64,000 nt of DNA, taken from contig NC_068982.1 of assembly GCF_001194135.2 (NCBI RefSeq), positions 30,105,644 to 30,169,643 on the forward strand, read 5' to 3'. The position numbers and the translations under genes are program-made. The DNA is from Octopus bimaculoides (Eukaryota). The notes beneath the pieces are model-generated. The model was not told where the DNA came from and did not search any database. It worked only from the letters and a program-made list of their open reading frames with translations. The first letter of the stretch is position 1, and each line of letters opens with the position of its first letter. Positions 55,229 to 64,000 of the stretch are shown here, one piece after another.

Positions 55229-55959
55229 GACACATGACAGTACAGTTACATAATTTCATACATGATAGAGAACAATAACCAGATATGTTGCCTTCTCAAG
55301 AAGATGGAGGAATTATTTCTTTTTGGTTATATACTTGCCTAAATGCATCTGTAATGTTTATCATTTAGCCAATGAGTGACTCTCTAAGTAGTCATTCTAC
55401 CTGCTAAGAAATAACATCTAAATCTGCAAATTTTTCATACTCACTGAGGAGTGAGTCTTTAAGTGGTCACTCTACCTGCTTGAAAAAAAGAAAAAACAGC
55501 TAAATCTTCAATTTGTACCATACTATCTCAAGAAATTGAGATCATCATTATCATTATGGATTGTTTAATAGGAATATAATGCTGTCCAAAGGCAGCATCA
55601 TACTTGAATGTCTACTTGGTATGATGTGGCTGGATACCCTTCCTAATGCCTACCATTTTATGGCATGTACTAGGTTGCTATATTTGTATGGCCAGCACTA
55701 GTGAGGTCACCACACAGCTTGCAAGATTATGAACCATGGAGATGCAAAATAAATTTGAGAGAAGAGGCAGAAGGGGCCACATGACTACTCATACTGTAGG
55801 ATAGAGGTCAGGGTGTGTGATCAAGGTTGAAGTGGGAGGAGATAAAGATAGTGTTGTAGATGAAGCATCTGTGTGGGCCCTTAAATTATGAAGTGGGTAG
55901 AAGGGTATGAGGGCAGAAAAATAATGTGTTTAGTCTGTGGAAATTGCATATTTGTACCA

Positions 55960-56230
55960 GTTCATTCATACATATTTACATTGCCCATCCACTGGATCTT
56001 GGTCACTTCATTTATTTCCATTTTTCTCAAGTCTTCAGCATTCAAGGTCAGTGCCTTGTTACTGTACAGCATTGCAGTTCTAACACAAACATCATACAAT
56101 TTCCCTTCACTTCAAGACAAAATACCCTTGTTAGCAGTAGCAGTAATGGCACCCTGAACTTTTTCCACCCTGCTATACTTTCAGAGTAACAACCTTCCCT
56201 GCTAATCCTGTCAGGTTTATAAGAAAAACT
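55960..56230 (-). mobile_element. RTE-type LINE RT C-terminal fragment
   Basis: Minus strand VKGKLYDVCVRTAMLYSNKALTLNAEDLRKMEINEVTKIQWMG matches the RTE LY...VR.AMLYG.E.W...E..M.RWM motif. Confidence 0.75.
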
Positions 56231-57279
56231 GTCAACTGCTATTAGCAAAACTAATTAATTAGTCTTTAGCTGTATTTCTACCCCTTTGCTTCTTTAGCCT
56301 TTTTTGTTGTTACATAAAAAACACTGAATTCTCTTTCCAGTTTGTCATGGCTCACCCACTTTTCATAGATGGTTACAATGAATAAATAAATACAACCCTC
56401 TTTGTGAAGTGATGTAATTGCACTCTCTTTGCAAACATCATAATTTCTGTAAAAAGCAATTTCTGTCTTTTCTTCTTATTTTTGATTTTGTTTACTTGTG
56501 TGTCAAACCTCTACATATCGTGAGATTCAAAATCTCTATTGAAAACGATTATTTATTATTACATGATTATAGCTTTTATTTAGTTATCTTGTATTTCCTA
56601 TTATTGTTGTTGTTGTTATTATCATACTCCAAATGGAAAGAATGCCGATTAGTACCCACTAACCTCTACTCTAATGATCTGTTTAGCTACTTTAATGATT
56701 TAAGATATCTTGTTCCATTAATATTGAACATAATGTAGACAAGCAAGGTTGTGTGATGCAGAATTCTTAGCTATTTAATCAAAAACATAAATGCTGAATA
56801 TAGCATTTCTTTTAACTTGTTTGATATCCATATTAATTACTCTTTAAATATTTTCATGTATGTAATTAATGCAACATCATTAGTTGATGTTGATTTATTT
56901 TTGGAAAAATATGTTTTAATTTATCGTTTCATAGTTTTGATGTAATTCATTTTTCTTTTAAATCGATTTTTCTAATGAATTTGGAAGTTTTTTTTTGTCT
57001 TCTCCCTGCTTCTCAACATCACTATTTCTCATAAATGATTCTAGGAAGCTAATTTTATTTTATTGCTCAGTTAGAACGAAAGGGCAGCACATGTGGCCTT
57101 TTTCCAGTTGGAGAGAAGTAAGTAGCTACAAACCAGAAAGCTGGTTTGAATGATTGCAATAGAGTGGAGCTCCCAAAAGGGAACCAAATGGTTGTTATGT
57201 CAAACTGGGTGATGGATGAAATTAGTGGATGTGATGAAAACTCCCATCCATTGGGTCCTCAGTTTCTAGAAAGGGGAAT

Positions 57280-57322
<43 letters not shown>

Positions 57323-57364
57323 GAAATAAAATGAGAAAACAAAGCCAAGGCCTTGTGAATAAAA

Positions 57365-57536
57365 AGAAGGTTAGTCTTACAGCTGTTTCAGGGATATAAA
57401 AGATATGTCATCCTCAGAGATGATATGAGAGAGTTAAATAGAAGGAGTTAAATTTACTTCTATTTAACTCTCTCATATCGTCTCTAATGATGAGATTTCT
57501 TTTATATCCCTGAAACAGCTGTAAGACTATCCTTCT
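57365..57536. repeat. 172-bp palindrome whose arms each contain a minimal hammerhead motif (Penelope-like pLTR fragment)
   Basis: Arms 57365-57444 and 57457-57536 are near-perfect reverse complements. Minus: AUCU-CUGAGGA-(21 nt)-GAAA-CAGCUG-UA-AGAC. Plus: GUCU-CUAAUGA-(21 nt)-GAAA-CAGCUG-UA-AGAC. Confidence 0.75.
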
Positions 57537-57694
57537 CTTTATAAAATGTCCTAGAAATTTTACACTGCCTGTAAAGTGTGGGAATGGCACTATGTTATTG
57601 GAAAGCAGATGGTAATAGGGAATGTGTGTATGTGGTGATATTAAGTTGTTGTTCATTCAAAAAACTGTCTCAAACCAAACAGATTTATAGAAGG

Positions 57695-58100
57695 AGTGGC
57701 TGTGTGGTAAGTAGCTTGCTTGCCAAGCATATGGTTCTGGGTTTAGTCCCACTGCGTGGCACCTTTGGCAAGTGTCTTCTGCTCTAGTCTCGGGTCAACC
57801 AAAATCCTGTGAGTGGATTTGGTAGATGGAAAGTGAAAGAAGCCTGTTGTATATATATATATATATGTATATGTATATGTATATATGTGTGTTTGTGTGC
57901 CTGTGTTTGTCCTCGCCACCATCACTTGACAACCAAAGTTGGTGTGTTTACGTCCCTGTAGCTTAGCAGTTGAGCAAAAGAGACTGATAGAACAAGTGTT
58001 AGGCTTATAAAAAATAAGTGCTGGGGTCGATTTGTTCAACTAAAGGAAGTACTCCAGCATGACCACAGTCAAATGACTGAAACAAATAAAAGAATAAAAA
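57695..58100 (+). mobile_element. SINE family A, near full length
   Basis: Complete head, internal (TA)n/(TG)n and AAAAGAATAAAAAGAA tail. Confidence 0.85.
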
Positions 58101-58333
58101 GAATTGGCATTGCAAATGTAATTCGATCCTTCTTTTCTTGCATAATTTCTCTCAGAGAACATCAACTGACATACCCTCCCTTATTTAAGTGACCATGTGG
58201 TCTGAAGGAAATTTGGCTGATGTGTCTAGCAGGCTGACTGATCATATTCAATGTATATTGTTGATAATTTTGCTTTTACTGAGTTGCTTTCTTATTTTCT
58301 TTGTAGATTTTCTTTCCATATTACCATCTAAAC

Positions 58334-58630
58334 CAGTGGTTCTCAACATTGGGCCTGGGAAAATTTTGAGTTGGCCTGAGAAAATTTTGAGGGTGTTTGG
58401 GAAAATTTTGAGAGTGGTCTGGAAATTTTCTGGATTGGAACCAAGCTGTTCTTAGTATTCAATTTGTAGTCGAATCTGCTGCAAATTGCGACTGATGGGG
58501 CAAATGCAATGACTGGTAAACATGATGGATTTATAGTGCAACTGAAAGAAACTGGTTTGGCGGTCAGTGGGCCTGGGATGTTTTTAACATAAAAAGTGGG
58601 CCCGAAGGTGAAAAATGTTGAGAACCACTG
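58334..58630. mobile_element. hAT (Charlie-like) MITE
   Basis: TIRs CAGTGGTTCTCAACAT / ATGTTGAGAACCACTG; 8-bp flanks ATCTAAAC and ATCTTAAC (7/8 identical TSD). Confidence 0.85.
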
Positions 58631-58659
58631 ATCTTAACTATACTTTATGAAAATAGTGT

Positions 58660-59042
58660 TGGCACTCCTTCGCTTACGATGTCGAAGGTTCCTGTTGATC
58701 CGATCAATGGAACAGCCTGCTCGTGAAATTAACGGGCAAGTGGCTGAGCATTCCACAGACACGTGTACCCTTAATGTAGTTCTCGGGGAGATTCAGCGTG
58801 GCACAGAGTGTGACGAGGCTGGCCCTTCAAAATACACGTACAACAGAAACAGGAAGAAAGATTGAGAGAAAGTTGTGGTGAAAGAGTACAGCAGAGTTCG
58901 CTACTATCCCCTGTCGGAGCCTCGTGGAACTTTAGGTGTTTTCGCTCAATAAACACTCATAACACCTGGTATGAGAATGGAAACCGCGATCCTACGATCG
59001 CGTGTCCACTGCCCTGACCACTGGGTCATTGCGCCTCCACGA
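58660..59042 (-). mobile_element. CpG-rich (likely young) tRNA-derived SINE, family E
   Basis: Minus-strand head GGAGGCGCAATGACCCAGTGGTCAGGGCAGTGG...GGTTTCCATTCTC with A/B-box-like motifs; CpGs retained. A related fragment lies near 1680-1800. Confidence 0.7.
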
Positions 59043-59949
59043 AAATTGTGCATGTATACACACACGTGTGTGTGTATATATATCTATATCTATTTATCTA
59101 TACACACATGCAAGTGTGTGTGTGTGTGTGTAGATATATGTATATGTACACACATACATCTTTTATTTATGTAGTCTTTCTAATCCGAAGAATTCTAATT
59201 GAATTAAATTTTTCTATGATATTTTGTCATTCATCTTCTGTTCCTGAAGAAAATGCAGCAGCAACAATGGCAACATTAATAACAATAACAATCGCAAAAT
59301 GAAAACCTTGATTTCAAAGTGTCATAGTGCAGTGAGATGCAGATTCGAAATGAAAGGAATGGTAATAGAAGATAAAAAGAATGTTAGGTGTTTATGGGTG
59401 GGACAAGAGATAAAAAAAAAAAAAGAAAGCCAAACCAAAAAACAAAGAAAACACAATCTTAATCAAATCCTCACCCTTTCCAACAAAGAAGTAGCGATTA
59501 AAGAAATGCCAAATAAAAAAAAGACCCCCCCCCCAAAAAAAAAAGAAAAATTGAAAAATGTATAGCAAATAATAATGATGAGCTTCATCTTACGGCTGTT
59601 GATACGAATTAGCATAAAGTATATTTTTATTTCATTTACTTGTTTATTTATTTTTTTGGTTGGTTTGAGAATGACATATGACACATGACACAACTTTGCA
59701 ATAGTATTATGTTATGATGACAGCTGTAAATATATTTTGGTTTTGTTTTGTTTTGTTTGCTTTGATCCGCTTCTGCCTCTTCCTCCACTTCTTCCTTCTT
59801 GTCTTCTCAATGTGGCTGTGTTGACAATGATTTGTGTAGTGTTTGTGTTTCATAATCTGTTTGCTTGATCGGTGATTGTTTGGTTTCTACTTCTATATCC
59901 TTTTCAGTTGTTTTCTTGTAAACAGTGACTTTTCTTTTATCTTGTAGTT

Positions 59950-59990
<41 letters not shown>

Positions 59991-60739
59991 ATATGCGTGC
60001 TTTTGTGTGTGTGTACTGACTTAAACATGTCTCTCCTCTAACTCGCAGGCACCATGCATTCGCCCCCCACCACAAACTACTTGTCTCAAATAAATAAGCA
60101 TATATACATTTCAACATAGTTATGCACACATGCTAAGAAATGTATGCATACATCTACCTACAGATACATACATAGTGACTTAAATATGTCCCTCCTCTAA
60201 CTAGCAAACACCATGCATATGAAGGTATGGTCGTATACAGAAAAATGGTTTCGCTTATGCACACACGTATAATCATATAGAGATAAATGCGTGTGTATGT
60301 GTTCACACATATATACGTACGTGTACTGATAAAATGTGCATTCAGATATACGTTCACCCATGGGCATGCATGAAGATAGATGTATGTGTACATATGTGTA
60401 TATAAACATGCATTTGCACACAAGTTCACAAATATAATTATACATACATGCGCTCACAGGCATACAAATACACGCAAGCAAGACTATAAATGTGTATACA
60501 GATATTGGCATTATATACAGGTATTTGTGTGTGTGTGTGTGTGTGTGTGTGTATGCATTCTTTTATTCTTTTACTTATTTGTTGTTTGACTGTGGCCATG
60601 CTGGAGCACCACTTTAAAGGATTTTAGTCAAAGCAATCAACCCCAAAGTTTATTCTTTGTAAGATTTGTACTTATTCTGCTGGTGTCTTTTGATGAACTG
60701 CTAAGTTATGGGGACATAAACACAGCAGCATCAGTGGTC

Positions 60740-60990
60740 AACTAATCTATCTCTTCATCATTAGTTAATGTCTGCTTTCAATGATTGCAATGGTTGAGTA
60801 GTTTGACAAGGGACTGGTGATGTGTAAGGCTGTGCTGATCTCCAGTGACATCTTCTGTGTGGTTCCAATGGCTGGTTGCCCTTTGTAATGCCTTCCACTT
60901 TACAGGCTGTACTCACTGCTCTACTCACTCTGCTTGATCTCATGCCAGAAGAGCATGAGAAAAAGGGAAGGTGGAAAAAGCTGTCAGTCA
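60740..60990 (-). mobile_element. RTE-type LINE 3' fragment
   Basis: Minus strand resembles the ...VEG...G.P..RW..... tail of RTE elements; frameshifted. Confidence 0.4.
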
Positions 60991-61140
60991 GTCTGTTGCT
61001 ATCTCTCCCCCCCTCTCTCTCTTCATATATATATATATATATATATATATGGGAGAATATACAAAAAATAACAACAGACGAGGACAGGTGGTGTAAATAA
61101 CAAAAGTATATATTAGTATGACGCTCAGGAATACGGAAAG

Positions 61141-61177
61141 TCTTTGACGTTTCGAGCTACGCTCTTCAACAGAAAGA
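61141..61177 (-). ncRNA. Minimal hammerhead ribozyme motif (core variant) in a Penelope-like terminal repeat (~61050-61240)
   Basis: UCUUU-CUGUUGA-A-GAGC(GUA)GCUC-GAAA-CG-UC-AAAGA. Stem I 5 bp, stem II 4 bp, palindromic ACGU stem III, GUC site. Core has U in place of the conserved A6. Confidence 0.6.
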
Positions 61178-62753
61178 ATACGGAGACAAGGAGAAAAACA
61201 CGGAGAAAAAAAATTGAATAGTGTTCAGTCAACGGTCATATATATAAAATTAAATAATGAGGGTAGAAATTGATATTAANNNNNNNNNNNNNNNNNNNNN
61301 NNNNNNNNNNNNNNNNNNNNNNNNNNNNNNNNNNNNNNNNNNNNNNNNNNNNNNNNNNNNNNNNNNNNNNNNNNNNNNNNNNNNNNNNNNNNNNNNNNNN
61401 NNNNNNNNNNNNNNNNNNNNNNNNNNNNNNNNNNNNNNNNNNNNNNNNNNNNNNNNNNNNNNNNNNNNNNNNNNNNNNNNNNNNNNNNNNNNNNNNNNNN
61501 NNNNNNNNNNNNNNNNNNNNNNNNNNNNNNNNNNNNNNNNNNNNNNNNNNNNNNNNNNNNNNNNNNNNNNNNNNNNNNNNNNNNNNNNNNNNNNNNNNNN
61601 NNNNNNNNNNNNNNNNNNNNNNNNNNNNNNNNNNNNNNNNNNNNNNNNNNNNNNNNNNNNNNNNNNNNNNNNNNNNNNNNNNNNNNNNNNNNNNNNNNNN
61701 NNNNNNNNNNNNNNNNNNNNNNNNNNNNNNNNNNNNNNNNNNNNNNNNNNNNNNNNNNNNNNNNNNNNNNNNNNNNNNNNNNNNNNNNNNNNNNNNNNNN
61801 NNNNNNNNNNNNNNNNNNNNNNNNNNNNNNNNNNNNNNNNNNNNNNNNNNNNNNNNNNNNNNNNNNNNNNNNNNNNNNNNNNNNNNNNNNNNNNNNNNNN
61901 NNNNNNNNNNNNNNNNNNNNNNNNNNNNNNNNNNNNNNNNNNNNNNNNNNNNNNNNNNNNNNNNNNNNNNNNNNNNNNNNNNNNNNNNNNNNNNNNNNNN
62001 NNNNNNNNNNNNNNNNNNNNNNNNNNNNNNNNNNNNNNNNNNNNNNNNNNNNNNNNNNNNNNNNNNNNNNNNNNNNNNNNNNNNNNNNNNNNNNNNNNNN
62101 NNNNNNNNNNNNNNNNNNNNNNNNNNNNNNNNNNNNNNNNNNNNNNNNNNNNNNNNNNNNNNNNNNNNNNNNNNNNNNNNNNNNNNNNNNNNNATATATA
62201 TATATATATATACATATTTATAATCAGCATATGAGAGTGTACACAGCATTGCTAGAAATAGGAGTCAAGTGGTTCTAGCAAGCTTTGTACAATCTTGTAC
62301 CCTGATTATAAATTACTAGTTTTACCTTTTTGGTTATTTTAATGCTTGCTAGCCACTTATATACTGATATTATTATTCTTTATAATAATATCTTTATTTA
62401 CACGCACGCACGCACGCACGCACGCACACGCGGCTGTGTTCATATGTGTATAAATGTTTGTGTGATATATATATTCTAAGTATAGTATGGACGGCTAGCA
62501 TGAATTTTTCTTTTGAGTTCATTCCAAATATTCCATCTGTAACATTTTCCATCAATTAAGAATTTCTTAAACTGTTTATATAAATTGTTTTCTGCTGAAT
62601 AACACATTGTTTTTTTTTTATATATATATTTTAAATTGTTTTGTTCTCATTCTGAACCAGATACATATTTCACTTTGGCTCATTATCAAATCTGTTTTTT
62701 TACTCACAAAATTTGAAAGGAAGCAACTCCATTCTGGAATGGCCATCCGAGGC

Positions 62754-62917
62754 ATTTAATAATGCACAAATTTGTTAAATTCACTTCAAATTTAAATTTA
62801 TTTCATAAGGTGTTGAAATTTTCATCTGAAAATTGTGACCTGTTCCCCGACCTAGTTCCACCTCATGAAATAAATTTAAATTTAAAATGAAATTCACAGC
62901 CTTCTGTATTATTAAAT
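62754..62917. repeat. Imperfect inverted repeat, ~59-bp arms
   Basis: TTTAAATTTATTTCATAAGGTG and CACCTCATGAAATAAATTTAAA pair with one mismatch; outer parts more diverged. Confidence 0.75.
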
Positions 62918-64000
62918 GGTGAGAATGGCTCTGTTATGATGTAATTGCTTTGGCATTAACATTATTTTACGGTGTTTTTGTTCAAGTCAGCCACTTGAGA
63001 GTTCCAAAATTTGAAATAGAAGGTGTTCATGAAACCTACGATGAAGAAAAATAATTAATTACAATTTTTGTTGTAGCTAATGTTATTTTGCGTAATTCTT
63101 CTTTGTCAGTACATATTTGTTTTTTTATATATGTATGTTTTTCATTAGAAATGTCTTTTAGATATTATGGAAGAGGAGGAAGTAATTTTCAAATTAAGCT
63201 AAATATAGAATTTTGTCACAGGTTTTCCAGAGGTGTATTAACAATCACTTTTGCTTGAAAGCTGATAAGTTGCTGACAAGCTATGGAATCGTCTGTATCA
63301 ACTATTTCTATGAATGCCTGAATATCAAAAGCATCCCTACAACTTGTAAAATAATGGTTTCAAATTTTGGTTCAATGCCAGTTATTTTAGTGTTTGGGAT
63401 TAATTGATTGGTTACACGGACATCGGTGCTTGACTGGTAATTATTTTATTGACCTGGAAAGGATTGATGGCAAATCCAACCTCACTGGAGTGTGAACTCA
63501 GAACATAAAACCCAAAGATATACTGTTAAGCATTTTGTCCACTATTCTAACAATTCTGCCAGCTCCTGTCTAAAATGTTATGAATGGAATTTATTATAGA
63601 CACAAATCCTTAAATTTTATGGAAGTGGGTGAGTCAAGACTGTAAAGTCGAAAGAAATCCCACTAAGCCTTTTGTCCAACATGCTAATGTTTCTGCTACC
63701 TCACTGCCTGTAAGAAAATTTTCGATTATAGGCACAAGGCCTGAGATTTCTTAGCGGGGGGTGGTTACATCGGCATCAGTGCTACACTGGCACTTATTTT
63801 ATTTATCTCTAGAGGTTGATAGTCAAAGTTGACTTAAGCAGAATTTGAACACAGAACATCAAGACAGACAAAATACTACTGAGCATTTTCCCCTGTGGGC
63901 TAATGACTCTGCATGTACATTTATATAAACAAATGTGCCTTTTCTTTTTTAAGACAGCTTTATATGATATTACCCCGCAGCATTTAGATTACTCTTTCAA

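Noticed and set aside
191-59042. tRNA-like A/B-box sequences (e.g. 191-260, 4245-4314, 58960-59042)
   Set aside because: No complete cloverleaf; each continues into a SINE body, so they are SINE heads rather than tRNA genes.
2719-62249. Long ORFs in the track made of X runs or of YI/CV/HT/RE repeats
   Set aside because: They are N-gaps or translated microsatellites, not genes.

Overview
Eukaryotic, AT-rich and repeat-dense genomic DNA with nine N-gaps. The repeat families resemble those of octopus or other coleoid cephalopods; this is an inference from recognition, not a search. The only host protein-coding sequence I can support is two + strand exons (68-153 and 14793-14914). They join in phase into a DDX49/Dbp8-like DEAD-box helicase segment, ELAYQIGEQIEVFGKPINVRVTVITGGI-NMTDQGLKLTDQPHIVVTTPGRLADHLESCDTFNFKQLRFL. 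The next exon, which should carry the DEAD motif, is not visible in the remaining ~49 kb. The rest is intron-like: several tRNA-headed SINE families, RTE/CR1/L2 LINE 3' fragments, mariner and maT-like transposase remnants, piggyBac-like and hAT-like MITEs, microsatellites and foldback palindromes. The most notable signal is three unrelated repeat elements carrying minimal hammerhead-ribozyme motifs of the type known from Penelope-like elements. One is a tRNA-headed SINE-like element ending in a hammerhead (4085-4314, - strand). One is a 172-bp palindrome with a hammerhead motif on each strand (57365-57536). One is a GUC-type motif at 61141-61177. Each copy has at least one defect, so activity is unproven. 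Repeat boundaries are approximate, read by eye.
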